Shown here in pieces: positions 1 through 12,002 of a stretch of 64,000 nucleotides of DNA. The first letter of the stretch is position 1, and each line of letters starts with the position of its first letter. This stretch comes from Octopus sinensis (lineage: Eukaryota), in NCBI RefSeq assembly GCF_006345805.1, contig NC_043015.1, positions 11,532,001-11,596,000 of the forward strand, written 5' to 3'. The position numbers were made by a program, and so were the translations under genes. The notes beneath the pieces were generated by a model. That model did not search any database, had not been told where the DNA came from, and saw nothing but the letters and a program-made list of their open reading frames with translations.

Positions 1-1067
1 ATAGACTGATAAAACTACGTAAATGTAAGTGCTTCTAACGTCTTTATTATAAATATTCCAAAAGAATGAAGGCAATATTTGTCAAAAGCCGGCAAAACCA
101 TACCATATTTATATAATTTGAAAATTTTCAGATTAATGTTTGAGGTTGGAAAAACGACAAATGACCAATGATAGTTTTAAAGAGATTTGAACCCATGATA
201 ATGCTGGCTGAATTTAAATTATGTTAAGTGTTTACTACAACTAAATAACAGAAAGCAATTTTGATCAGTCACTGTAGTCAGTTATTAAATTATCAAAAAA
301 TTATTTTAGAATGAAGGCATAACAAATTTGTGATAGTCATTCTTCCCTCGGGAAGAGGAGAGTTTTCAAACTGACAAAAATAAAGAGAAGAAAAAAAAAG
401 ACAAGAAAAACAAACGGAGAATGACATCTCAGTCGCTGGTTCAATTCACCCAGCAGCCCTATCTCGATTCGACACTGCTGTCAGAATCGACGTAAAAAAT
501 ATTTTCTATACAAAAGGATGATCACGGAAAACGGAAACCAGTTTCTTTGAAATATTTTATAATACAAAGGAAGAGGTAAAAAACGTGAACATAAGACAGG
601 AAATTAAATGGTATCAACTTAAGTTATATATCTTCTACAGAAGTAGGGTTTCTTTACTATTATTTTCACATAATTTTTCTACTTTCGCTATATATTTTTA
701 ATTTTGATTTCTTTTTCTTGTTCATATTTGACATTCAACTTTCATCGTTCTTTTGATTTATATTTTTATTCTTAGTCTTCATTTCATGTGTAAACCCTTT
801 CAGATTTTCTGTATTATAACTTTTGTCCTTTTCCACTAACCTATCATTCTCGTCACCGTTTATTAACTTGTTTCTATCTTTCATTCCATGACATCCTGTG
901 TGTTACCCCTTCTGATGTTAACCCATACAATGTCATGTATTGTTTTCTATTTGAAATTCTTTTATCTTTTTCTCATTTTCTTTCGTCCTCTCTCACTCTA
1001 TCTCTCTCTCCTTCCTTCAATATAAATATGTGTGTGCGTGCGCGCGCGTTTGAGCGTGTGTGCATAT

Positions 1068-1115
<48 letters not shown>

Positions 1116-1216
1116 ATATACATACATGCATATAAATATATTTATATATATATATATTATATATATATATATATATATGCACACACGCTCAAACGCACGC
1201 ACGCACACGCACACAC

Positions 1217-1253
<37 letters not shown>

Positions 1254-1368
1254 CATATTGTATATGCTCTGAATGAGCGTATGTATGAATATACCTATAC
1301 ATATATACATGTACATGTATATACATACCTACATCTATATATGTATTTCATCATATATGCATAAATGC

Positions 1369-1421
<53 letters not shown>

Positions 1422-1619
1422 AATGCACACATATTTTCACTCAGGATTCACTGTTTCCAACTCACTAGTTTCCTCACCACTCTTCATTTTCTTGTTCTTT
1501 TGTTCAATGTTTCTTTCTACGCTGCGTTTCATGCATTCACATGCACGTATGTGTGTATGCATGTATTTATTTACGTATGTATGTATGCATATATATTTGT
1601 CTATATATGTTTGTGTGTG

Positions 1620-1666
<47 letters not shown>

Positions 1667-1745
1667 GAGTCTTAGTCTTTTGTCTTTTTGTAAATTCCAA
1701 CTATACATATGTGTGTGTGTGTGTGTGTGTACATACACACAAATA

Positions 1746-2366
1746 CGCGGTAATATCAAAGAGTTCCGGGACTAGTTATGTTTAATGAAAACCAACATAT
1801 TTACCTCGGTTTTCACATCCTCGCTTCGAAATAGTCACCTTCCACAGCAATAAACCCGTCCCAGCGTCCCTGCCACTTTTGGAATCCGGCCTGGATGTCC
1901 TTCTCCGTAAGCAAGTCGAAGACCTTCTGCCATTCGCTCTTGATCCCGGCAACAGCGTTAAAACAATAGCATTTGAGCATCTGAGAAATAGGATGCGATA
2001 CTATGTTGTTTTGGGCGAGAAACCCGCGAGTGAGGAGAGCTTGGCAACGGGCTACATCGACGTCGTAAAGAATCCAGACGTTACGATTGCCTACTCGTAC
2101 ACAGACGACTAACAAACAACATCAGTTATGGCGTTGATTGACCTCTGACGATACTCATGCACAAGCTGATAAATTTTATTCACATTTCCAGCGTGACGTT
2201 TGTGACAGGTGCTCCAGTTTGTTCCTCTTCATCTAAAGATGTTCTTCCACTTTTGAAGTGCTCTTGCCATTTGAAGCAATCTGTACGACCCTTTGCTTCG
2301 CCGCCCATAATCTTGCTGAAACCTGCTCAATGACTCTGTAACAGACTATCAAAATTTAACTCAAAT
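1746..2366 (-). mobile_element. Mariner (Tc1/mariner) relic, internally deleted, one TIR retained
   Basis: Minus strand gives an HTH-region fragment (GRTDCFKWQEHFKSGRTSLDEEEQTGAP) and a C-terminus (FQKWQGRWDGFIAVEGDYFE). TA followed by TIR-like CGCGGTAATATCAAAGAGTTCCGGGACT at 1744-1773. Confidence 0.8.
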
Positions 2367-2394
2367 TTAACGTTGGCTCTCTGTTCCAGCTTCC

Positions 2395-2820
2395 TGTCCA
2401 TGGCAAAAAAATTGCCTCTCTACTCTCACTTTCCTTTTCAAGTGGTACTTGAAGAAGTTGATGAGAGATTGACCAGAGAGGAAAGCGTTTGTCTCCAATC
2501 CTTTCAGACGCGTCCACCAGATACATTCTTTCGCCATAGCCACAAGGATGATGAAAATAGCTCTTCCTTCCCGTTTGAAGGAAGTAGGCGTGACAATATT
2601 GATGACAGACTCAGCTGATAAACCGACTCGTCCCACACGTGACAGCAGTTGTTCGACATAAGCCCACAAATCGGAAATTGTTGGACACTGCACGAGTGCG
2701 TGCAGAACCGTTTCGTCGCTCTGACCGCATCTCGGGCAGGTCGGCCCCGATTTCTCGAGCCGTGTCTGTAGAGCTTATCCCGAACGGGTAGCGCTTCTCA
2801 GTAGCACTGCCAGGCCAGGG
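2395..2820 (-). mobile_element. Tx1/L1-clade LINE ORF2 C-terminal fragment
   Basis: Translation across a frameshift gives LAWQCY..ALPVRDKL..CPRCGQSDETVLHALVQCP (CCHC zinc knuckle), then IWWTRLK...LINFFKYHLKRKVRVER. Confidence 0.8.
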
Positions 2821-2831
2821 ATTAGATAGAT

Positions 2832-2921
<90 letters not shown>
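2821..2921. repeat. (GATA)n microsatellite
   Basis: Direct reading. Confidence 0.98.
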
Positions 2922-3325
2922 GTTTTGGATATTGCAACTTAAAATTTTGAAAGCTTCTAAATCGACCCCTGCGTCGCCAGAATTCTAGAAACTGAAAAAG
3001 GCATGTTTGGCTTCTAGATATTGGTCAACTAAGCTGGTTTTATTAATTTTGGTAGCATCGTGAATTCCAATCTGTATTCCAATCTCAATTCCTATGACCA
3101 TGTGGTACGAGAGGGTGTTAGTGACCACTCCCAGTCTAGGAGGTGGGATGTGGTTCGATAGAGACATCAATTCATTGGTGAATGTATATGCTTGTATTTG
3201 ATGTGAGCGTTTGTGTATCTATTATGAGCGGTGCGTATGTATGTGCGCATCTATTATGTGTTTCCTAATGAGAAAACCGGTTGGAATATCATGTATGTAT
3301 ATATCTGATGTATATGGGTGTGTGA

Positions 3326-3367
<42 letters not shown>

Positions 3368-3964
3368 GGTGAATGTGTGTATGTATCTCTATTGCTTGCG
3401 CTTGTGCATATCCCTTGTATGTGTAAGTACATGTGTGCATATAACTAGTGTGTGTATACGTTCCTGTTACGTATGTGTGTTGCGCGCGCGTGCTTGTGGG
3501 TGTGTATGTGTGTGTGGGGGGGGGGGCTGGTTTGGTTAAGTGACCTTGCAGCACCGCAGTTATCGACTGGTTCCGTGACATCGAGAATAAACACGCTCGT
3601 TCATTTCCACATTGTAGATTTTTTTTTACGTTCAATATAGAAATCCGTCATCCTATGACTCTGGAAAGCTATACACAGGCATCAGCAATCTCGATGTTTG
3701 AAGCATGACGAACTCAAGAAATTTTTATCTTGGTTCATGATGATTCCAGCTGAGCGGAGAATGAAGGCGATGCACTCTTCGACGAAACTATGGGGATTCA
3801 CGATGTGGTCAAGTCCGCTAACCTCGTCGAGATATTTATCACAGATACTCTCAGAAGCATACGCACCTCCATATTTCCGTCACATATTAGGACAATGGTC
3901 CGGCAATCTCTAACTATATGAACTTCCATGTATTGACAGGTTGAGGAAGGATCACTTAGATATC

Positions 3965-4262
3965 GGCAAGTGTTTTTTACCATAGCCACGGGCAGAGCAA
4001 AACATTGTGAGTGGATTTTGTAGACGTAAACTTAACGTATGTATGTATACACATGTGTGTGTGTATCTTTATCGCTGCTTGACAACCAGCTCTAGTGTAT
4101 TTGACCCCGTAACTTAGTGGTTTTGCAAAAGAGATCGATACAATAGGTACCAGACCTTACAAAATTACTGAGGTCGCTTCAGTCGACTAACAATCCTTCA
4201 AGGCGGTGTCACAGCATGGCCATGGTCTAATGAGTGAAATAAGTAAAAGAGTGAAGATAAAA
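3965..4262 (+). mobile_element. Degenerate headless copy of SINE family A
   Basis: GTGAGTGGATTTTGTAGACG, CCCGTAACTTAG and AAGGCGGTG..CAGCATGGCC match the intact copies at 10937 and 19768. Confidence 0.75.
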
Positions 4263-4666
4263 AAGTTGTATGGCCAACCATTCTACAAACACTTTTAATC
4301 CCCTCAAATATTACAGACTACAGCCTTATGTATATGTTAGTCATTCTTATCCCTGTTATAACGAGACTGACTACAAAGCTTTTGATCATGTCTGATAGAT
4401 CATGATTGATACGAATCTAAACAACTGAATGTCAAACTGAAAAGAATTTTTTTTTTATCATTTCAGCTAGAACAATTTGTAGTGCTTTCACAAATGCTAT
4501 CCTTTACATGTGATGTATCTCTTTTCACTCCAGCAACAGCTTTTCACCTACTTTCGTTCATATTGGAAAACCCTCTTTGCATCTCAGTAGCAGTTTGTCC
4601 TATTCACTCGTGCATATTGGACAGCAATTTGATGGCACAGGTCTGTGTTGGCTGCAGTTTTCTCTA

Positions 4667-4881
4667 CGAGGAGTGTTGAAAAGGTCCTGGCTTTAAGGGT
4701 ATCGCAGAAAGGCCTGATGGAGGTCCAAACTTCCGAGTTATTTTACAGGGCTTAGAAAAACTAAAGGACCGCTGAATTAAGTGTGTGAATCTGAGAGGTG
4801 AGTATGTTGAATAAAATCGTAGTTAACCGAAGTCCTGTATTTTCCTTTACCTAAAGCCAGGAACGATTCAGCTCCCCCTCG
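4667..4881 (+). mobile_element. Mariner-derived MITE (~215 bp), copy 1
   Basis: Imperfect ~28-bp TIRs (CGAGGAGTGTTGAAAAGGTCCTGGCTTT / AAAGCCAGGAACGATTCAGCTCCCCCTCG), 5' TA, and internal transposase C-terminus GLEKLKDR*IKCVNLRGEYVE*. Confidence 0.85.
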
Positions 4882-5792
4882 CACATCCAATCATGTGATA
4901 TCGCCTTCTCTTATGTCAGTTATGAAAGTTATACACCACGTAGCTTTTGATATTCGCCTCTTTTCTTCTCTCAGATGGTAACCATTTGAACGCTATTTAA
5001 AAATGCTTTTTCCTGGTAGCTGGAGTATGTAACAGACAAGTTCAATAATGAAATCGCGAAGTGGTTTCCTGTTAGCTCTCTCTAGAATATCTTCATTAGT
5101 TGCGTGGTTTTACCATTACGGTTTCTGAGTCTTTCTGAAACATCTTTCGTGGAATACATCTAGCTGTCTGTCTCATATGGATGAAAGAACAGTTGGAAAA
5201 ATGATGTCGTCACAGCGCAGCAAATCTTTGTGGTTGAAGGGCTAGATAGGTTGAAGGACTAGATAGAACACATTCGCTAGAATACAGTCACGGCTTTGCC
5301 GATTCCATGGTTGACGTCATTTTCAACGTTGCCATTATTTACACATGACGCTACACAGTTGGGCGGGGAGAGAGTAACAGAGGGAATGATGGAGAGAGAG
5401 AGAGAGAGAGTAAGAGAGATAAAATTGCATATAGATTAGGTTCACTGATATTTAATATGCCGTATGTATGCACATAGGTTGTTTCACTGTATCTATGGAT
5501 GTATGTGTGTATTTAATGTCACTATGCGTGTATACGTGTGTGTTTGAGTGAATAGACGGATGTAAATAGGCGTGCATACATAAAAGCCGGAAGTTATCTA
5601 AACTGGAATTCACATATACTACATCAATGTTTTTAAACATAAAAGACTGATGTAAGTATATATATATATATATATATATACATATATATATGTATGTATG
5701 TATGTATGTATATATATATATGTATGTATGTATGTATATATATATATATATATATGGATATATATATACATATACATGTATATATATCTATC

Positions 5793-5824
<32 letters not shown>

Positions 5825-5945
5825 CTAATATGTATATATATATATATGTAATATATATATGTATTATGCAGGTGTGTGTACATATATATATAATATATAT
5901 ATATGTATGTATGCAGGTGTGTGTACATATATATGTATATACATA

Positions 5946-5991
<46 letters not shown>

Positions 5992-6591
5992 CGTGTGTAT
6001 ATATATATATATATACCCAATACCCATGTTTCTTTGAGAGCATGGATGTGTGTGGATGTCTAGCTCACAATTATATCCACACCTTAGTGTTTCGAGACAG
6101 ACAGATATACAGAATGAATAGATAGATGAACTGATAGACACATAGGTAGTTACGTAGGTGGGTATATAGACAACCAGGCAAAAAAAAAATAGACAGACTG
6201 ATAGCTACGAACATACATGTTTACTTGCATAAATTCCGGCAGATAATAATTTTCAGTTGAGACATTCTTCCTAATTACATTCCATTGCAGGAGAAATAAA
6301 CAGGAAACCTTTTATGAAATGACGAGCTGTAAATCTAACATATAATAACGAACTTGTTGATGCGGAATTGATGCTTTTACATAATCAACAACGTGCGCTG
6401 TTAAAGTGTTTTCATAAATTTTGTGTATTATATGAATGAAAGACAGACTTCCATAGCGATAAATATTTTTATAGGAATGTATGCTAATAGACACAATTGC
6501 GTGTAAACATAGGATAATGCGCATATAAATCATTGTATCATATATTTATATGTATGTACGTATGTATGTATGTATGTATGTACGTATATAT

Positions 6592-6634
<43 letters not shown>

Positions 6635-6665
6635 TATAGATAGATAGATAGATATACATACATAC

Positions 6666-6723
<58 letters not shown>

Positions 6724-6729
6724 CATATA

Positions 6730-6817
<88 letters not shown>

Positions 6818-6837
6818 TAATATATATATATATATAT

Positions 6838-6993
6838 AAAGGATAAGAAATGGAGCAATAATAACAGTTAGAAGTGGATTAGGATTATTGGTGTTTTAGA
6901 GTCATTTAATAAAGATGACAGTATGTTTACAGCTGTTTCGGTATATCAAGCTGGGGTAAATTTACATTTACCTACTTGCAAATGATAGACATC

Positions 6994-6995
<2 letters not shown>
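6838..6995 (-). mobile_element. Penelope-like pLTR fragment with truncated hammerhead motif between two (TA)n arrays
   Basis: Minus strand reads GAAA-C-AGCU-G-UA at 6939-6928. The upstream box reads only ATGA before running into (TA)n. Confidence 0.5.
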
Positions 6996-7039
<44 letters not shown>

Positions 7040-7154
7040 AGTATGTATATGTGTAAATATGTATGTATTATATATGCATGTATGTATGTAAGCGTGCCTA
7101 TGTGTGCGCGGGCATATGTTAATATTTATGTTATTAATATTTGTTAATTATTTC

Positions 7155-7315
7155 AAATTTTGGATCAAGGCCAGCAATTTTAGGGGTTGGAGTTAAATCA
7201 ATTACATCAACCCCAGTTCTTTACGAATATTTATTTTATCGAACCCGCGAAGAGGTATGGCAAAGTCGGCCTCGGCTGAATTATTGAGTCTAAATACTGT
7301 TCAGCATTTTGTTCA
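7155..7315 (-). mobile_element. Degenerate SINE family B
   Basis: AAGGCCAGCAATTT...TTATTTTATCGAAC...GGCAAAGTCGGCCTCGGC, similar to 41200 and the reverse complement of 56820. Confidence 0.65.
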
Positions 7316-7404
7316 ATTCTCTAAAATAATAACGATGATGATGATGGTGGTGCTGACAGTAGTGTTGGTGGTGATGATGATGATGGCGAGGAGGAAGAGG
7401 ATAG

Positions 7405-7875
7405 TTTTATTTATTATTTAGTACCTACTGTAGTATACATTAGTAAAAAGGAAAGAAATAGTTGATAATGATGTGATACTCCTGAAACAAGTTCGCTTGG
7501 CCCAATCGAGGAAACGCACAATCTTAGGCCTCTCAATTATTTCTTTTCTGACGGACAGGTCGATAGTTAGAGCGGTACTATTTACTCTTGCCATTTTTGT
7601 CACATTTCCATAAACTCGCTTGGGAACAGAAACTCCGTCTCTTCCCTCATGTTACTTTTCAAGTTTCACATGAAAAATTAATGAGGGTTCTACCAAAGAG
7701 AAATATCTAAGTCCTCATATCACATTTCAGCCTCGTCCATCTGAAAATATTTTTCACAATAGCAACTAGAGAAAGGAAAACTGCATCAAGTCTCCGGATA
7801 AAGGAGGGCGGAAGGATAATCTTTACCACATACACGGCCGATACATGGATCTGTCCCACACGCAACAGAAGCTGT
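7405..7875 (-). mobile_element. Older Tx1/L1-clade LINE 3' fragment
   Basis: Translation LLRVGQI..ILPPSFIRRLDAVFLSLVAIVKNIFRWTRLK..GRTLINF aligns by eye with the 2395-2820 fragment, then continues into KMARVNSTAL. Confidence 0.65.
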
Positions 7876-7878
7876 GTA

Positions 7879-8052
7879 GAAGGACACTGGCCCAGTGGTT
7901 AGGGCAGCGTACTCGCGGTCATAAGAACGCGGTTTCGATTCCCAGACCAGGCATTGTCAGTGTGTTTATTGAGCAAAAACACCTAAGCTCCATGACGCTC
8001 CGGCGGGCGGGGGGTGAACCCCGCTGTACTTCCTCTCACTCTTTCTTCCTAC
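7879..8052 (+). mobile_element. tRNA-derived SINE head (family C-related)
   Basis: A-box TGGCCCAGTGG and B-box-like GGTTTCGATTCC. CCGCTGTACT..CTCTCACTCTTTCTTCCT is shared with 31983. Confidence 0.75.
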
Positions 8053-8749
8053 TTCTGCCACAAAGCAGAGGAACCATGGTGTAACCCACTATGTTGTGGT
8101 AAACTTTCAAACTGTAGTCTAGACTGCGTATCCTCTGTACCCCAGGATGGTTCAGCTCTCCACCCGTTAAAAGCCACCGTTTACGGAATGTGCATAACAA
8201 CGTAGCTTTTGCACCAATGCAACCGTCAGTCTATCGCGTGTGGTGGGTGGATCTTCAAGTTGCCGCACGCATTCTTAGTAGCTTAGTATATGCTCGAATT
8301 AGAGATTATTTTTTGTGGCTAATGGCGTGAGTCCTGATTGGAAGAAGAAAGACAGTAGACGTTCAATATAATTGCAACAGTTTCGACAAATTGCATGCAT
8401 CTCGGACTGTACATCCCTACCCGTAGAATTTATCTCAAACTGATAGCGGCTCGAAGTAGCAGTAGCAGGCCAAGAACTTCTGTAGGTTATCCATGGTAGT
8501 TTCCGACAAGAAAATCCACCGGAACAAACTAACCCATTTGGTTTTCGTCGACGCCGAATCTCACCGAACATGTCATTTGCTACTGATTTTCTATACATTG
8601 CTAAAGCTAGACTTCCACCAATTTCTTGTATGACTGGTAAAGGGTTCTGAGTCCCTGGTAATACTTTATGTGCCAAGCGTCTATTCCAGTCTCTCCGTCA
8701 TCCAGGATTGCACCTCCGTCAAAGAACCACGGAAATACGTATGTATAGA

Positions 8750-9276
8750 CATCAGGTAGTGAGGATCTGCACAATGGTGAGAAAAATAGGGATAATGAGA
8801 TGGATGGATACAAATATCTGAATATTTTGAATTCAGTCAAAATCAAGGAGATGAGATGAAGAAGAATCAAGTCAAATGTGAAGAGTAGACTCAATGGAAA
8901 GAATAACATCGGGGCAATACACACACGGGCTCTTTCTAAATGGGATATGGCACAGATGTTGTTTGATGGGCAATGAATGAGCTTGAAGAAATGGATAGAA
9001 ACAGCAAGTAAGTGACGACAATGAGCAAGGATCTGTGGCCCAAAAGACAGAGAGAGAGAGAGAGAGAGAGATAACGAGGGAAAGAGAGAGAGAAGAGAAG
9101 AGAAAGAGATTGAGAGAGAATGAGAGAGAGAAAGAAACCTTTGCTGCTATCACAGTACGGTCTTGAAATGGCACGAACCTACGCCAGAAAGTATCTCCGA
9201 GAATAATGAATATAAGATTTTATGAGGTTTTATAATCCGTTGTTAATCAAAGATGGATGTTCGGTAACCAGACATT
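8750..9276 (+). mobile_element. R4/Dong-type (RLE) LINE relic, part 1
   Basis: GYKYL, KSRLNGKNNIGAIHT and WHEPTPESISENNEYKIL..PDIV are homologous to 27190-28160. Confidence 0.65.
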
Positions 9277-10640
9277 GTTAGTTAGTTAGTTAGTTAGTTA
9301 ATTTGGCTCAAAAGCAAATAGCAAGGCCATGTAGGGGGACATGGAGTTAAGTACATGGTGGTGTTCATGTAAAGAGTTCAGGCCACTTGAGGTCCAGGGA
9401 GGCTTTGAACAAAGCGGTCGTCGGCATCTTCACCATCTCGTCTGGCAGCTTGTTCCACGGATCCGCAACCCGGACGGAGAAAGCTCCTCTCCTTCGATTG
9501 AGATGAAATCGTCGCAGGTAGAGCTTTTCGGAATGACCCCGCAACCAACGCTCTGGAGCAGGAGTGAAGAACAGCTCTTTCGAGAGGTTACACTTTCCGC
9601 TTATGATGTTGTGGGCGAGAATGAGATCACCACGGCGGCGGCGTTTTTCAAGAGAATAAAGGTCGAGCGTCCTCAGCCTTTCTTCGTAGGACAAATTTTT
9701 GAGACCATGAACCATGCGGGTAGCCAGCTTCTGGACTCTTTCGAGATGCTGTATGTCTTTGAGGAGATAAGGAGAAGAGGCTTGAATCCCATACTCCAAT
9801 ATGGGTCTCTCCATGTGACATAGAGTGGTAGGAATATGGCTGCTGTGAGCATTCCGAATGACCGTCGAATCAAGAACAGAATTCCGCGTGCTTTGTTGGC
9901 AGCATGGACGCACTGGGCCGAAGGCGAAAAGGAGGAATCTACCAAGATACCCAGGTCCTTTACCTGATCGGTCCTCTCCAGCAGCAGACGACCCGGCTCG
10001 AAATCAAGTTGAGTTGCAGGAGTAGAGCTGACAGGCAGATGATAGCACTTTGACACGTTCAGACACAGGTCCCAATCGTTAGACCACTTCCAAATTTGGT
10101 GGAGACATCGACGAAGATCCTCTATATTACCGCGAGGAGCGACCAGTTTGATATCGTCGGCAAATAGAAGGGTGTGTTGCGTGAGGTCGTCGGGCAAGTC
10201 ATTTATGAAGACTAAGAACAATAAGGGCCCAAGCACTGAACCTTGAGGCACGCCACTGCTCGCACTGGAGACGTCGGACCGCGAACCATTAACTTGGACT
10301 TGGAAGGAGCGATCTGAGAGGAAGGCACCAACCCATCGTATAATATCCGGATGGAAACTATATGCTTGAAGCTAGACAAGTAATAGGCGGTGGTTTACCG
10401 AGTCAAAAGCTTTAGCAAAGTCCAATAAAACGATGTCAACAGCATCACTATCATCGAGGATGCGCGTCACCAATTCTTCCATTACTAGTAAGTTGGTCAA
10501 GCATGATCTCTTCGGCACGAAGCCGTGTTGGGAATCCGAGATAGAGGCTGTGTTTAGGAGGTGGAGCATCATACTTTTCTTAAGGATGGTTTCGAACATC
10601 TTGCTGATTATTGATGTAAGGGAAACCGGTCGGTAGTTAG
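9277..10640 (-). mobile_element. CR1-clade LINE, 5'-truncated ORF2 reverse transcriptase (one stop, one frameshift) with (TAAC)n tail
   Basis: NYRPVSLTS, QHGF, LDFAKAFDSV, PQGSVLGPLLF, LFADDIKL, LERVQ, SLEKRRRRGDLI, RGH, WNKLP. Tail (GTTA)n at 9277-9300. Confidence 0.93.
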
Positions 10641-10860
10641 ATATTGCCATACATTGGGGATGTACAAACGAGGATAAAGAACTAGACAAGGTTGAGAAGT
10701 GCCATTAAAAAATGAGATTGCATGGATGTGGGCAATGAAGAAAGTAACTGCCATCCCCCTAGTTGTTGAGACATTGGATCATTAATAACCAGACTTGAGA
10801 AATTCCATGGAGAAATTGAGATTCACATTAGGGTAGAACATGCTCAGAAAACTGCTTCGG
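10637..10860 (+). mobile_element. R4/Dong-type LINE relic, part 2 (RLE endonuclease C-terminal half)
   Basis: DIAI..DKELDKVEK..KNEIAWMWAMKKVTAIPLVV..VEHAQKTA, homologous to 28190-28420. Confidence 0.75.
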
Positions 10861-10936
10861 TGTTTCTTATCACTTCAGCTGTCTTCTATATGATTGCATC
10901 TGCCAACGTCTTGGAATGTCATTATTTCTCATTCAG

Positions 10937-11118
10937 TAGGAGCAGGAGTGGCTAAGGTTTAGGAGTGGCTGTGTGGTAAGTAGCTTGCTAATCAACCACA
11001 TTGTTCCGGGGTCAGTCATACTGCGTGGCACCTTGAGCAAGTGTCTTCTACTATAACCTCGGGCCGACCAAAGCCTTGTGAGTGGATTTGGTAGACGGAA
11101 ATTGAAAGAAGCCTGTCG

Positions 11119-11202
<84 letters not shown>

Positions 11203-11400
11203 GTCCTCCCCAACATCACTTGACAACTGATGCTGGTGTGTTTACGTCCCCGTAACGTCCCCGATTCGGCAAAAGAACCGATAGAATAAGTACTAGGCTT
11301 ACAAAGAATAAGTCCTGGGGTCGATTTTCTCGACTAAAGGCGGTGCTCCAGCATGTCCACAGTCAAATGACTGAAACAAGTAAATGAGTAAAAGAGAGAG
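10937..11400 (+). mobile_element. Full-length tRNA-derived SINE family A with internal (TA/TG)n
   Basis: A-box TGGCTGTGTGG, B-box-like GGTCAGTC, CCTTGAGCAAGTGTC, central microsatellite, tail GACTGAAACAAGTAA..GAGTAAAAGAG. Many homologues in the window. Confidence 0.9.
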
Positions 11401-11819
11401 AGAGTAATTCATTATTTCACAGATTATGTGTATCTGACCTGTTGATTCCCATGGAATGTGATAGTCATTCTCATTTAGATTGAGTTCCCGCTTTTCACCT
11501 ACACACTTGCATTTTTACTTCAATGTTATCAAACCCATATGTTTCTCGTGTGCATGTCAGTAGGGTAGCAATGTCGGCTTCTTTTCCTTTGACTAGAGCC
11601 AGAAGTGATAGAGAACAACTATTAATGATATAGAGAAATATTCAATAAAAAAACTCAAAATGGAACTTTGTGTTGAATATCGTGTTGAATATAACATGTA
11701 TGTCTTTGTGTATGTCAGAGCGTGAGAGAGAGACAGAGAGAAAGAGAGAGAGAGAGGAAAGAGAGGAGAGAGAGGAGAGAGAGAAGAAGCGTGTATATCT
11801 ATATATGTTATCTGGCATC

Positions 11820-11905
11820 CTTTATCTTTTACTTGTTTCAGTGATTAGCTATCGGCGGCCATACTGGGGCACCGTCTTGAAGAATTTTACTCGAACGAAT
11901 CGACA
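11820..11905 (-). mobile_element. SINE family A 3' fragment
   Basis: TTTTACTTGTTTCAGT..GCGGCCATACTGGGGCACCG. Confidence 0.7.
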
Positions 11906-11913
11906 GACAGACG

Positions 11914-12002
<89 letters not shown>

